A stretch of 64,000 bases of DNA from Octopus sinensis (GCF_006345805.1 NC_043012.1:24986001-25050000), one strand, 5' to 3'; shown: positions 1-12,924, counted from the first letter of the stretch. Numbers and translations: made by a program. The notes: generated from the letters alone by a model not told the origin.

Positions 1-7
1 GTCTGTG

Positions 8-42
<35 letters not shown>

Positions 43-162
43 ATAGGTTTTTACTTGTACTGCAGTACCAAATTTTGTGTTCACGTCTATAGTTGGTGTA
101 TATACATTTCGATTCTGACCCAACCAGATGCCTTACCATTTAAGTACCTTATTCGCCCGAAT

Positions 163-201
<39 letters not shown>

Positions 202-203
<2 letters not shown>

Positions 204-430
204 GTGTGTGTTTGTGTTTGTCCCCACCATCACCACCGTGTGACGGGTGGTGTTAGTTTGTCTATACCCTTGCAACTTAGCAGTCCGGCAAGAGAAGTCG
301 ATACAATAAATACCAGACTTCAGACTTCAAAAACTAAGCGGTGGTGTCAATTTGTTGGACTAAACTTGTCAAGCCGGTGCTCCAGCATGGCTGCAGTCCA
401 ATGGCTATAACAAGTAAACGGTTAGTATGA
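202..430 (+). mobile_element. SINE family B (tRNA-derived, internal microsatellite), 3' half, diverged
   Basis: Follows a (TA)n/(TG)n tract. Carries TTTGTCCCC...GCCGGTGCTCCAGCATGGCTGCAGTCCAATG...AACAAGTAAA, matching the 3' half of the full copies at 6790-7205 and 56795-57205. Confidence 0.8.
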
Positions 431-1589
431 GAAAAAAAAAACACCTTAAGAACACCGTTTCTTTGTAGTGTATTTTGAGTCTCATCACAGATAGTCGAGT
501 CTGGATGTGGTCGAGCTGCATCTGAAACGGTCGATGGTTGATCGCATGACCTCGTGGTTATACTGTTATACTCATGACAGAGGCACACAAGTTTCTGTGA
601 CCCGCACTAAGCTGCTACAAAACCGGTTTAAAACGGCTATGTCAAGCTGATGAATCTAATCGACGTTAGATTACGTATGTCATTGCTGTTATTAATAATG
701 ATGATGATGATGAGGCCAGTCTTGATCGAACGCACTTACAACCGAAGACATTCCAGTCGTGACATCTCTGTCTTTTCGTACATTTAAGAGTTGTTCATTG
801 TATTTTTGCTCCACATACACCTATAGATTTTCGCCCACATACATATATACATTATTGACTGATGCAAACACTTTGCTTATACACACAGGCACACACATAC
901 ACAAAGCGCGCACGCACACACTCATATATGTATGTACTTACATACGTACATACACAAAACACATACGCATATCTCTGTGGACAGAAAATTAGGGATCATA
1001 TCGGACAACTTTCAAATGGATGACATTCAAATAAAAATAGATCGTTGGTTTCGACGGTGAGTGTTCGATCAACAGTTGTTTGACCAATAGATCATGGCAG
1101 GCCGACCCATCGAATTAACGTTTAAGTGACTGAATATTCCTAAGATATGTGTACTATTAATGAAATTCTTGGATCGAATCAATATACCCCTTATGAGACA
1201 AGGGTGGGTGGTCATTTTAATTACGTGTTATAGGTAGAATCCACCTGACAGACAGATTTCGTCCAAATAGTTAACCGTCTTTCCTGCTATTCAGTTTCCA
1301 TCCAAGATGTTGATGGAGCCGAAGCTATGAGTAAAAGACCAAAATGCAATGATATAGGATCGAAACCCAGCCTCTCATGACTGCGAAGCTAATTTAGCCA
1401 TTTTACCGTGTCTTTCAATATAGCTGAAAATCATTTTAGATGGATGGTCATGGCGAGAACGTCGTCCTTGATTAGAGCAGAACAACAACACCCACAATAA
1501 CAACAACAAAACTAATAACAGCCAACAACAATAACAAACAATAACGACCATAACAATAGCAACAATGAGTACGACAACAACAACAGAAC

Positions 1590-2055
1590 CACGACAATAG
1601 TGATAGCGGTTTCAAATTTCGGCACAAAACCAGGAATTTTGTGAAAGGAGGATAAAAGTTCATTACACCGACTCCAGTACTTAACAGGTTCTTATTTCAT
1701 CGATCTCGAGGGGATGAAAGGCAAAGTTGACTTTGACGCCATGTGAAATCAGAACGTAAGTGTGGACGAAATGCCACTTACCATTTTGTCCGGCATGCTA
1801 ACGCTTCTGCCGGTTCGCCACCTGAATATTAATAGTAATGATCCTTTGTACAGTAAGTAAAAGTCCTGAGATTCCGGGTCAAGGATTAACCGATTACATC
1901 TGGTACCAGTATACAACTGGTACTTAATTTATCGACCCCGAGAGGGTAAAAGGCAAAGTCAACCTCCGCGGAATTTGAACTCAGAACGTAGTACCAGACG
2001 AAATATGGCTAAGCATTTTGCCGGCGTACTAACGATTCTGCCAGCTCGCCGCCAC
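1590..2055 (-). mobile_element. Two tandem SINE family A copies (tRNA-derived)
   Basis: Reverse complement of the head GGCGGCGAGCTGGCAGAATCGTTAG, the B-box GAGTTCAAATTCC and the core GTCGACTTTGCCTTTCATCC...AAGTACCAG, seen twice (about 1590-1822 and 1845-2055). Confidence 0.85.
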
Positions 2056-2074
2056 ATTAATGATGATTACCAGA

Positions 2075-2460
2075 AGCACAAGGCTCCAAGTTTGGAAGAA
2101 GGGATTAAGTCGATTACATCGACCCCAGTGCGTAACTGGTACTTATTTAATCGACCGCGAAAAGATGAAAGGCAAAGTCGATCTCGGCAGAATTTGAACT
2201 CAGAACGTAACGGCTGACGAAATACCTATTTCTTTACTACCCACAAGGGGCTAAACACAGAGAGGATAAACAAAGACAGACACACGGATTAAGTCGATTA
2301 CATCGACCCCAGTGCGCAACTGGTTCTTAATATATCGACCCCGAAAGGATGAAAGGCAAAGTCGACCTCGGCGGAATTTGAACTCAGAACGTAACGGCAG
2401 ACGAAATACCGTAAAGCATTTCGCCCAGCGTGCTAACGATTCTGCCAGCTCTCCGCCTTC
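2075..2460 (-). mobile_element. SINE family A, internally duplicated (dimeric) form
   Basis: Full head and core, then the segment ...GCCCCTTGTGGGTAGTAAAGAAATAG joined to GTATTTCGTC and a second core. An (AAT)n tract lies at 2470-2540. Confidence 0.9.
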
Positions 2461-2474
2461 TTAATGATGAGAAT

Positions 2475-2539
<65 letters not shown>

Positions 2540-2819
2540 GACAGCAACCAGTTCCATACTATTCAATGTTTTAATACATGTCAGTCATTAGAATATACAC
2601 TTTAATCTAGAATGTTCTTTACCAAACCAATTGTGGCCTCTTTAGTCAGAGCAAAGCATTGATTGACGTCTTAGACAAACTTTTCTCACGTTATTAATTA
2701 ATTACGAAGAGTAATTGTACTGTTAAGTAGCATAGCAATTGTTTTCATTATGTCATTATCACGTTGTTTATGATTACTGTGACGAGACAGCGATGCTGGG
2801 GGATGAGAGAACAATTGGG

Positions 2820-3370
2820 ATGGAATGACTGCGGGGGGTAGACTGTCATGGGGGGGGGTATGAGATGATGTGTGGAGTGTGTAGGGTGTAATAGTAATAG
2901 TTTTGGTGGTGGTGGTGGGGTGAAGATGGTGGCAGAAGTGGTGGTGGTGGTCGTGGTAGTAACGCGCGGGTGTGGAGCCTGATGCTGTGGCCGTAAATGT
3001 AATTGTGGTGGTTCTGGCGGTCGTGATGGTGGTGGTGGTGGTGGTGGTGGCGGTGATGTTGATGCTGGCGATGAGTGGCCGTGAAGAGGATATGATGATG
3101 ATGATGATGATAATGTATATTATGATGACAATGATGATGATGATGATGATGGTACCGACGACAACGCAGTGAGTGAAATTATGACGATGATGATGATGAT
3201 GGAAGAAAAGGAGAAGGAAGAGGGTGAAGATAACGGTGATGATGACGGCGACAACGACGACTACATCATAATAATGATGATGATGATGATGATGATGACT
3301 ATTACAAAGGACAATAACGACGACGACGACGACGACGACGATGATGTCTACGATAACAATAATGAGTGGA
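2820..3370. repeat. Degenerate compound trinucleotide repeat (GGT/GAT/GAC)n
   Basis: Visible GGT, GAT and GAC runs. They explain the poly-H/T/I/M/D ORFs at 2698-3483, 2972-3172 and 3169-3435. Confidence 0.9.
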
Positions 3371-3704
3371 ACTATAATTATCTCAGATTGATTAGAAAAG
3401 TGTGTTTTCAGATGAGACCAGCTGAAATTAGTTGAAGAGAGACAATAGTATGTTTCAACAAACGGCCTGTGAATTCTAAACAATGGATACTTATTAATAT
3501 TTTAATTACTTTAACTATTAGAGAGGTTTTGTACAAATACTGCAGCTCAATGCAGTAAACTCACCCATTTGCAAATAAATTATATACATATACATGTGTG
3601 AGTGTGTGTGTGTGTATATATATATATAATTACACATACATACACACATGTATGGCTGTTTGATGTGTGTTTGTGTGTGTGTATTTTTTATATATATATA
3701 TGTA

Positions 3705-4060
3705 TGTGTGTGTGTGTGTATTAGTATGTATGTGTGTGTGTGTGTATTAGTATGTATGTGTATCTGTGTGTGTGTGTATTAGTATGTATGTGTGTGTGTG
3801 TGTATTAGTATGTATGTGTGTGTGTGTATTAGTATGTATGTGTGTGTGTGTATTAGTATGTATGTGTGTGTGTGTGTATTAGTATGTATGTGTGTGTGTG
3901 TATTAGTATGTATGTGTGTGTATGTGTGTATTAGTATGTATGTGTATCTGTGTGTGTGTGTATTAGTAGGTATGTGTATGTGTGTGTGTATTAGTAGGTA
4001 TGTGTATGTGTGTGTATATTAGTAGGCATGTGTGTATGTGTGTGTATTTGTAGGTATGCG
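3705..4060. repeat. Minisatellite with unit (TG)n-TATTAGTATGTA, about 20-26 bp
   Basis: More than a dozen TATTAGTA(T/G)GTA anchors separated by TG runs of variable length. Confidence 0.9.
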
Positions 4061-4276
4061 TGCACGTGTGTGTGTATATGTAGACACATTTATACACACA
4101 CACACACACATCAAGTGCCAAACTAGACTAAAACAATAAACAGTAATTATTAAACCTAAAAACTAAATGATTTCCAATTCATTCTATGAATTCTAATTCA
4201 ATGCATGAAAGTCTATGTAAAAAATTTAGCAAATGACCAATATTTAATGTTACACAAGTGTCCTCCCTCTGCTTTT

Positions 4277-4320
<44 letters not shown>

Positions 4321-4458
4321 TTATATATTTATATTGTGTGCGGTTAGATATATGACTGTTACCGTTAAGTTAAGAGCTACACCTAGATTATCACAATCGA
4401 GGTTGCTTTCAGTAAACAGTTTGCTTACTTATAATTCTTAGTAATATTAATGCTTTTT

Positions 4459-4890
4459 AAAGGGGCGATCTGGCAGAATCGTTAGCGCGCCGGGCGAAAT
4501 GCTTAACGGTATTTCGTTCGTCGCTACTTTCTAAGTTCAAATTCTGTCGAGGTCAACTTCGCCTTTCATCCTTTCGGGGTTGATGAAATAAGTTCCAGTT
4601 GAGCCCTGATAATCCCCTTCGCCAAAATTTCAAGCCTTGTGCCTTTAGTAGAAAGGACTATTGTTGTCTAAGGCGGCGTGGTAGCAGACTCGTTAGCACG
4701 CCGGACAAAATGCTTAGCGGTATTTCGTCCCATTTCACGTTCTGGGTTCAAATTCCGCCGAGGTCGACTTCGCGTTTCATCTTTTCGGGGTCGATGAATT
4801 AAGTACCAGTCGAACACTGTAGTTAATATAATCAATTATCCCCCTTCCCCAAATTTCAGGCCTTGTGCCTATAATAGAAAGGATTATTAA
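4459..4890 (+). mobile_element. Two tandem SINE family A copies
   Basis: Heads at about 4459 (AAGGGGCGATCTGGCAGAATCG) and about 4669 (AAGGCGGCGTGGTAGCAGACTCG). Both end in CCTTGTGCCT...AGAAAGGA(C/T)TATT. Confidence 0.9.
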
Positions 4891-5509
4891 TGGTGTTGGT
4901 ATACAGAAAACGTATAAGAAATTATGATAAACGTAAGTTTATATCATTTGTTCCCTACACACACTACACATATAATATATAAATGTTCGTTTATTGAAAC
5001 GATCGTAACATCAGTTTTAATTTTCCTCATTTAAATTGTTATTATTATACTCTGTGAGGTACCCGTTGCATTATACCTTGGACTTTCTAATCGTTATCCT
5101 TTCTAACCAATTGAATATTAACCGATATTTCTTCAGTTTACGAAATACTATGCTAGCCAGTTTCCTAATGAAGTACTGACGAGATCATAGCCTGGATTAT
5201 AATTATCCGATATAGATATAAACCCGCTTTACGAAAATTGAGAGTTTATGGAAGATGCGAATCCTCATAACGTGAAATCTCGAAACAACAACAAATTCAA
5301 AGAAACAACACTACCATTATTATTTTTATGCATGAAAATAACAATTTTTAAATAACATACAGAACTATTTGTGTATCTAGATAATATTTGAAGAGGAATA
5401 CGTTAGGGAACAAATTAGAACCGCAATATCGTTATATCATGCCTTCTTACCATAAAATATATTTTTTGCCGTGTGGGAAGTGCTAGTTCTTGTGGTGATA
5501 TAAGAGTTA

Positions 5510-5933
5510 AGGCGGCGAGCTGGCAGAAGCGTTAGCATGCCGGGCGAAATGCGTAGCCGTATTTCGTCTGCTGTTACGCTCTGAGTTCAAATTCCGCCGA
5601 GGTCGACTTTGCCTTTCATCCTTTCGGGGTCGATAAATTAAGTACCAGTTACGCTCTGGGGTCGATGTAATCGACATGATCCGTTTGTCTATCCTTGTCT
5701 GTCCCCTCTGTGTTTAGCCCCTTGTGGGTAGTAATGAAATAGAAATAGGTATTTCGTCTGCCGTTACGTTCTGAGTTCAAATTCCGCCGAGGTCGACTTT
5801 ACCTTTCATCCTTTCGGGGTCGATATATTAAGTACCAGTTACGCACTGGGGTCGATGTAATCGACTTAATCCGTTTGTCTGTCCTTGTTTGTCCCCTCTG
5901 TGTTTAGCCCCTTGTGGGTAGTAAAGAAATAGG
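5510..5933 (+). mobile_element. SINE family A dimer with 11-bp target-site duplication
   Basis: TATAAGAGTTA at 5499-5509 and 5934-5944 flanks a head-core-tail unit followed by a core-tail unit. Confidence 0.92.
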
Positions 5934-6789
5934 TATAAGAGTTACTGGAAGGATGATAGATACTGTCTTCCAGCTTATAGTTTATCATCATCAACATCTA
6001 TTTGAAGGACAAAGAACTTATTCAAAACTGTTTGATGCTTATGGCGCTTCAATTCTTTGTAGAGCTCAAGAAATTAACTGAGCTCATTGCGAATTCTTCT
6101 AGTAATTTTTATGTAACGTTCGCGATTAACCTTGCTATCAGCAAAACTTGTGTACATCCCTCTTTAAGTACCAACCGTTTACCAATATTCTTTGCAATAA
6201 ATTCAAATAGTTGCGGAATTTCCGTATTCTCAGCTTGGTACTACGCTTTCTACATCTATAACTTGAGCCATAAAAACTCCACACTACTCACACATGCAAA
6301 CGCGCGCGCATACATACACACATGCACACAATACACACGCACACACCGTTGTGTTGACATACAAGATATGTGGCTAAAGACATTGCTGTCATGCTCATAC
6401 AATTCTTGTTGTTGTCTGTTGATTATTCAAAACTGGTCAGTTGGCTGGTGGTGGTGGTGGTGGTGCTAATTGTTTTTGTAATGGTGATAATGGTAATTAA
6501 GATGAGTGTAACTGTGCGCGTGTTAGAGGCGACTTTCGGTATTCGGGTTGGTGCATGCAATGTTAAAAATAAATACCATATAACTGAAGCAGGGTACCTT
6601 TTGTATTTATGTATCCTTTTTCTACCTCACTTTCTACAATGAGTTCGCAACCATTTTTTAATCTACGGATACCATTTAATTACTACTTTATTCTGGTGAA
6701 CCCACTAGCTATTCGTTGCTTAACAACTAATTTTATAGATACTTTTCTCAAAATTCGTATTCTGGTTTTCACACATTAACTTGTATCTT

Positions 6790-7205
6790 TCTCTTTCTCT
6801 TTTCTCTTTTAGTTGTTTCAGTCATTTGACTGCGGCCATGCTGGAGCACCGCCTTTAGTCGAGCAAATCGACCCTGGGACTTATTCTTTGTAAGCCCAGT
6901 ACTTATTCTATCGGTCTCTTGCCGAACCGCTAAGTGACGGGGACGTAAACACACCAGCATCGGTTGTCAAGCAATGCTAGGGGGACAAACACAGACACAC
7001 AAACATATACACACATACATACACATATATATACATATATACGACAAGCTTCTTTCAGTTTCCGTCTACCAAATCCACTCACAAGGCTTTGGTCGGCCCG
7101 AGGCTATAGCAGAAGACACTTGCCCAAGATGCCACGCAGTGGGACTGAACCCGGAACCATGTGGTTGGTAGACAAGCTACTTACCACACAGCCACTCCTG
7201 CGCCT
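6790..7205 (-). mobile_element. SINE family B, full length
   Basis: Minus-strand head AGGCGCAGGAGTGGCTGTGTGGTAAG with A-box-like TGGCTGTGTGG and B-box-like GGTTCAGTCCC, a central (CA/TA) tract, and the 3' end GGCCGCAGTCAAATGACTGAAACAAC. Confidence 0.9.
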
Positions 7206-7687
7206 GTGGAGTATAGATTGAATTATGTAAAATGTTAGAGAAAAAAACCTAGCTGTTCTTTGTAATACATACCAATACCTACCTCTAAATCAAATATATC
7301 AAGAGCTCTTAAAATATGATTTGGATCTCCAATTTACTATTTTATTGCGTGGAGTCTACAAAAATCTTATATGGACCGTCATGGACCTTATGTACACTGG
7401 TTGAGAACCACCGATCAACAAAATGAAATATTTATATTGCCATAATGCATCCAAACAGCCATAATGGAGAAATGTGCATAGGAACTATAATATAAACTTG
7501 TGGATATCCTTATTCTTCCTACACTTGCTCTGTAGCTCATAACTGGCAATGTTAGTCAGTACAGTAATTAATTAACGACTCCACAGGAAGCGAAGCAGGC
7601 CGGATTATTATAATCTATGTGAAACTCTAAACATAACAGTAGCAGTCGTACATCTATTTGCACACATAGTTTCTACTCTGTGGTGTG

Positions 7688-7747
<60 letters not shown>

Positions 7748-7827
7748 AGGTTGCACACAGTCACATATATACACTCAAATATATGTAGGCACGTATGTAT
7801 GTATATAAGTGCGAGGTGCTTGTAAGT

Positions 7828-9110
7828 TAGGGGTACTGAAAAGTAATGTCGCACTTCTTGTAATAGCTTCAAATCAGCATAAACCTTTTCGTAAATATAT
7901 TTATTCATTCAAAGATATAATTTCCATCATTTTCCCACCTCGAAACCAGTTTTCTTATTCTTTGGGAAAATTAACCAGAGCAATAGTTGCTATGCTGTTT
8001 CGACATTGTGATCGCTTCTGAAATTTTTACATTTTGGCGAAGTATTGAAGTAACCTGAATCTGATGGCGTGAGGTCTGGTGAGTAGAGTGGATGAGGCAG
8101 AGATCCCAGCAAAATGAAATTGACTTTCATATCTTCGCGGATAATGGCTTCGCATGAATGGGCCTTGTGTTCACTGCACTGGCCTCCGTGCGGTTTTCTG
8201 AAAAAAATGTTGACCTGTTCGTTGTTGATAATAAAGTTCTGTGTGGATGTCTATCCCCTGTTCCAAAAATTCGATGTGAACAATAACTATTTTTTTCCAC
8301 GAGCCACTCAACAAAATCTTCTTTGGGTGTAAATCTGATTTGAGTGGTGTAAGTGGATTTCAATTTGGCGATAACCTATTTCTTTACTACCCAGAAGGGG
8401 CTAAACACAGAGAGGACAAACGGATTAAGTCGATTATATCAATCCCAGTACGTAACTGGTACTTATTTAATCGACCCCGAAAGGATGAAAGGCAAAGTCG
8501 ACCTCGGCGGAATTTGAACTCAGAACGTAGCGACAGATGAAATACCGCTAAGTATTTCGACTGGCGTACTAACGTTTCTGCCTGCTCGCCGCCTTGCTAA
8601 CGTTTCTGCCAGCTCGCCGCCAATTTGGCGATAACTACTGCTTCTTATTTATAAGGTTAGCAGAGAAATCCATTTCTCATCATCTGTTACAACTGGATTA
8701 AGAAAAGATGTTTCTTCCGTTTCTGATTAGCAAATTGTTGAAGGCACTATTTTATATCCCCCAGAGTCATTCCCTAACGTATCCACTTTCTTCTCAAAAC
8801 GCTTTCCCAATCTTCTTGACATGATATTGCGCAGTGGACCAAGGTTTATTAAGATTCCGGGATAAATCCTCGATATTTTATCTCGGATCCACTTCGTATG
8901 TTGTTTCCACTGCATCATTATTGAGAACAGTTGGTCTTCCGGGTCGATATCCACCCAAAAATATCGAAATCACCGTTTTACAACAATTTGTTAACCCACA
9001 TTTGGCATTTCCGAACACTCACATCATTCGGATATACAACACAAAGGTTTTCTCTTGCATGTGTTGTGTTGTTGCTCTTACAAAATCCGTAAAGTATGCA
9101 ATGTACAATA
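7828..9110 (-). mobile_element. Decayed mariner (Tc1/mariner) transposon interrupted by a SINE
   Basis: Minus-strand remnants include RPGRPTVLNNDAV (HTH region), FLNPVVTDDEKW (first catalytic D motif), PKKILL and PHPLYSPDLTPSD (YSPDLAPSD motif). A TIR-like TAGGGGTACTGAAAAGTAATGTCGCAC starts at 7828. Stops and frameshifts are present and the other TIR was not found. Confidence 0.85.
8376..8620 (-). mobile_element. SINE family A inserted into the mariner, 15-bp TSD
   Basis: CAATTTGGCGATAAC at 8361-8375 and 8621-8635. The 5' part of the head is locally duplicated. Confidence 0.92.
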
Positions 9111-9295
9111 TGCAATTCACTGAAGTCTTCGTCTTCCATAGACTGTGTGTGTGTGTGTGTATGTGTGTGTGCGTGTGTGTATTAAAGGTTATACTTGGGT
9201 TACTTAAAGTTTAATGACTTTGATAAAACAATCTTCAAACCTTTATGACATTACTCTGCATAAAACTTACAACTGTAATTGATTATTATCTATCA

Positions 9296-9333
<38 letters not shown>

Positions 9334-9372
9334 GTCTATTTATCAATCTACCTACCTACATACCAGTCTATT

Positions 9373-9407
<35 letters not shown>

Positions 9408-10489
9408 CGTTGATGTGTGTATTTCTTTTCCTGTATGTATACATCAAAATATCGTATTTGTATATGTGGTTTGAGGAAGAGATAGACTCGGTGTTTGTGC
9501 GAGTGGTGTGGAGGAAAGGGAAACGAATGATTGATTAGTTGCTTTCGCTGTGCCTAGACAGATAGATCGATAATGATTGAGGGCAAACGATTAGTTAAAG
9601 TAAGATCAGATAGATAGATAGACAGATAGATAGATAGATAGATAGACGGACAACCCGTTAAACAGACACATGAATAGATACGTAAATTCCTAGTAGCTTT
9701 CAACTCGCCATCGAGTTTCATTATCCCTTTTCCTATTTTCTCTCAACATGTAGTGGTTCCTTGACTAAACCTCCACGATGACCAAGCCAAACATTAACAC
9801 GGTGAGATCAGAAAGACCCATCTTGTAGAAATCCAGCAGCGCTTAAACAGAGGATGAAGCATTAGCCCAGGTGATCCAGTGAATCGCGAATCCTGCGACA
9901 GAAACAACACAGGAATGCGATTTCATTCCCTCTTTATTTACGGAGCTCTCCATTCTCAAATCATAGGTTGAGGATATATGTAGATATTATATACACATAT
10001 GCAAACACACAGGTCTGTATATATAGATGTGTTTGCATGTGTAAGTGCAAGCGTTTATTTGTGTATACAAATACAGGTGTATCAAATTACTTTCAACATG
10101 AATTCACGACTTGTGAAAATAATATCCGCCTCTCAAGGATGTGTCATAATTACCAAATGGCAACTAAGGGCATCTCCGCTTAAGAAGAAAATTCACCTCA
10201 AAATCCAAGATTTCTCCAAAGTTGATATGCCCATTAATGGAAAAGGCGAGCCTATTGTTTGGAGAAGTGTTTCTGCCTCACTAGACCTCAACAGCAGACA
10301 TCTGTAAAGGACTTAGACTTACAAAAGCGTAGAAAACATTTATGTCTTAAGCATTTAACCTCCAATTATAGCCATTTAAGAGAAGTGTATCAAATTTCAC
10401 AAGTTAGAATGTTACCTCGTTGGTCTGTGGTTTGAATTCCAAGAATAAATTCCATACACTGCACTACATGTCTGGTACAAATAATGATT

Positions 10490-10925
10490 TCTGATTGAGG
10501 CCCAAAAGCAGCAATTTTGAAGTCAGCGGGAAGTACTTTATACCATTGACCCTGACACTTGACCAGTATTATCTTTTATAGACTTGGGAAGGGTCAAAGA
10601 TAGAGTTGATCTTTGTGAGATTTGAACTCAGATCAGAAAGAAGTATGCCAAGAGATTTTTCCAACGTTCTAACGAATCTGCCAGCTCACCGCATTCATAA
10701 GAGCTAATAATAATAATTCTTTTTAATTTGGGCGCAAGAGCAACAATCTTGAAGGGCTGGGTGGGGACTGATAGCATCGATTCCAGTACTTGACTGCTAC
10801 TTATTTAACTGATTCTGAAAGGACGAAAAACTGATCTCAGCGAGATTTGGAAAGGAAAGAGCAAGAAGAAATGCCACCAGACATTTTCCCGATGCTCTGC
10901 CAATTTTGCATGCTCGCTAGCTTCG
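10490..10925 (-). mobile_element. Two old, diverged SINE family A copies
   Basis: Degenerate GCAAAGTTGA(T/C)CT...TTTGAACTCAGA and TCTGCCAGCTCACCGC motifs. Confidence 0.7.
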
Positions 10926-11009
10926 CTGGTGATAATAATATTACTAGTGAAACTGTTGATCATTTGACTGGACGAAAGGTCAGCTCTTGAGTGAAGAAAA
11001 ATCCAATAG

Positions 11010-11230
11010 ACCGGTTCTATATTTTATCTTATCCTTGTTTCAGGCATTGAATTGCGCACATGCTGGAGCACCATTTTGAAGGGTCTGCTCGAACAGATCA
11101 CTGCAGTACTTTTGTTTTTAAAGTTTAGCATTTATTATGTCGGTATCTATGCCGAACCGGAAATTTACAGGGACATAAACCAACACCAGTGGGGAAGGGG
11201 CCGAAGACAAGAACAAACACATACGAATAT
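11010..11230 (-). mobile_element. SINE family B 3' half, diverged
   Basis: TTGCGCACATGCTGGAGCACC...GCCGAACCG...GGACATAAACCAACACCAG. Confidence 0.7.
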
Positions 11231-11269
11231 TTCACACACATATTTCACACACAGGCGTGTGTTTTGTCC

Positions 11270-11330
<61 letters not shown>

Positions 11331-11399
11331 GTTTTTGTATTTATATTCGTGTAACATCGTCCGTTTTTCTGTCCTTGTTTCGTATACATTCGATCCTTT

Positions 11400-11900
11400 T
11401 TCCAAGAAATCTAATGCTCGTAGCTTAGTTTTTCCTTGGGGCTAGCCAGATCGGAGCAATCTCAAGATTAATCAGCCGAAATTGCGAGGATGATCCGGTT
11501 CTTGACTGAAGATTAGAGGCTTCGAATGACCCGTCCGTTTTTTGTATCGTCTATTTGAATGTTTTGCGTTCTAGTCCCCGTTGCTGTTATGCAAAAGTGC
11601 CCTAAGTCCAAAAAATACTTTCACAATTCCATTTCTTTTAAAATTAGCAACACTTTCAGCTTTACAATAATACTTTGTAGGGACATAAAATGGTAATTCC
11701 ATGTATGGATGATATTTTGAGTCGGAAATATTTTTGCAAAACGGTCGTATGTGGGACTTACTACACTTCTGAAAAATGCTGAACCGTTGTACTACACTTT
11801 GGCAATTTTCATATCTTGGCATCTGAAGTTTGACCAAAAGAACTGGCCATTGCTAGCAAAACTTAAATATTGGAAACAATTTGGACAAATTGAACATACA
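11400..11900 (-). mobile_element. Possible Penelope-like remnant
   Basis: Weak minus-strand peptide resemblance to a PLE endonuclease C-terminus (SKSHIRPFCK), followed by a non-coding repeat-like segment. Heavily decayed. Confidence 0.35.
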
Positions 11901-11912
11901 ACAGTTTAACAA

Positions 11913-11939
<27 letters not shown>

Positions 11940-11946
<7 letters not shown>

Positions 11947-12200
11947 CCATGTTGATTCGCTAGCCTCTGCACGCATATTTTTTTTTCTCTCCTTCTTTCT
12001 GTGTTTTTTTCTCTGTCTTCTGTTATCTTTTGTTGAAGAGGCGTAGGCTCGAAACGTTAAAGACTTGTTTTATTTATATTTCCTGAGCGCCATACTAATA
12101 CAATTGTTTGTTTGTATTCCACCTGCCTTCGTCTTTTGTTATTTCCGTAAACCTGCCTTCGTCTTTTGTCTATTTTCATAAAGTTTCCGTATATATAATA
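11940..12200 (+). mobile_element. Non-coding interspersed repeat family H1 (PLE pLTR-like) with hammerhead-like motif
   Basis: Homologous to 18920-19115 (-) and 63060-63260 (+): GAAGAG(G)CGTAGGCTCGAAACGT(A/T)AAAGACTT...TTCCTGAGCGCCATACTAATAC...CACCTGCCTTCGTCTTTTG. Confidence 0.75.
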
Positions 12201-12587
12201 TATATATAATATATATAATATATATATAACTATGAACTGTAGTGAATATAGCTTAATCACCAGAGAATAATGGATTTGAATCTTAGTAAATCCTAACAGC
12301 ATTGAAAGTATGGAAGTCACACACCTTGGAATAGAGTTTCAATAAGGGATATTATTCTGCGAGCTAAACATTATGGTATATATTACATTATCTTACTAAA
12401 GTGTATTATGTGTAATACTATATAAAAACACTCACACACATATATGATATTATGCATTTTATATATCTGCTAAAACATATATTATTTCATATAATGCAAT
12501 ATGTAAAATTTGCGTGTGGGTGTAGCTTTACAAATTCCTATTTTTTAATATAAACATCTGAGGACTGTATACAGTAATTTCATTATT

Positions 12588-12631
<44 letters not shown>

Positions 12632-12719
12632 TATATACATAAAGTACATTATTTATTTGTGTATAAATTATGCGTGCAAGAATCATTCATGTAAAACTCA
12701 TACAGAAGTATGTATATAA

Positions 12720-12924
12720 TTTTAAGTGTATACATATATATATATACATATATAATATATATAATTGCAGCTGTATGTATGTGTATATCTTATATATATA
12801 ATATATATAATATAGATATATATATATATAATTGTAACTGTATATATGTCTATATATACTAATATATTATATATTGTGTGTGTATATATCATTATTTATG
12901 TATATATATTCATATATATATATG

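Noticed and set aside
643-680. CTGATGA followed by hairpin ATCTAA/TTAGAT
   Set aside because: No GAAA box follows the stem and no stem I is present, so it is not called a hammerhead.
2698-3483. 261-aa ORF rich in H/T/I/V
   Set aside because: It is a translation of degenerate trinucleotide repeats, with overlapping homopolymer ORFs on both strands.
3705-4060. Regularly spaced short repeat resembling a CRISPR array
   Set aside because: The spacers are just TG runs, there are no cas genes, and the context is eukaryotic.
5175-5225. CTGACGA with a downstream hairpin; similar partial matches at about 11508 (+), 5130 (-) and 32545 (-)
   Set aside because: The GAAA box and the NUH/stem I geometry are missing or misplaced.
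5510-5600. tRNA-like sequences with A and B boxes (also 7130-7205, 19584-19650, 49788-49850, weakly 32410-32475)
   Set aside because: They are SINE heads continuing into SINE bodies, and none forms a complete cloverleaf.
7397-7413. GGTTGAGAACCACCG resembling a hAT/MITE right end
   Set aside because: No matching left end or TSD was found.
10077-10307. Open frame after a possible acceptor (…VYQITFNMNSRLVKIISASQG…)
   Set aside because: Weak polypyrimidine tract, no recognisable domain, and a length compatible with chance.
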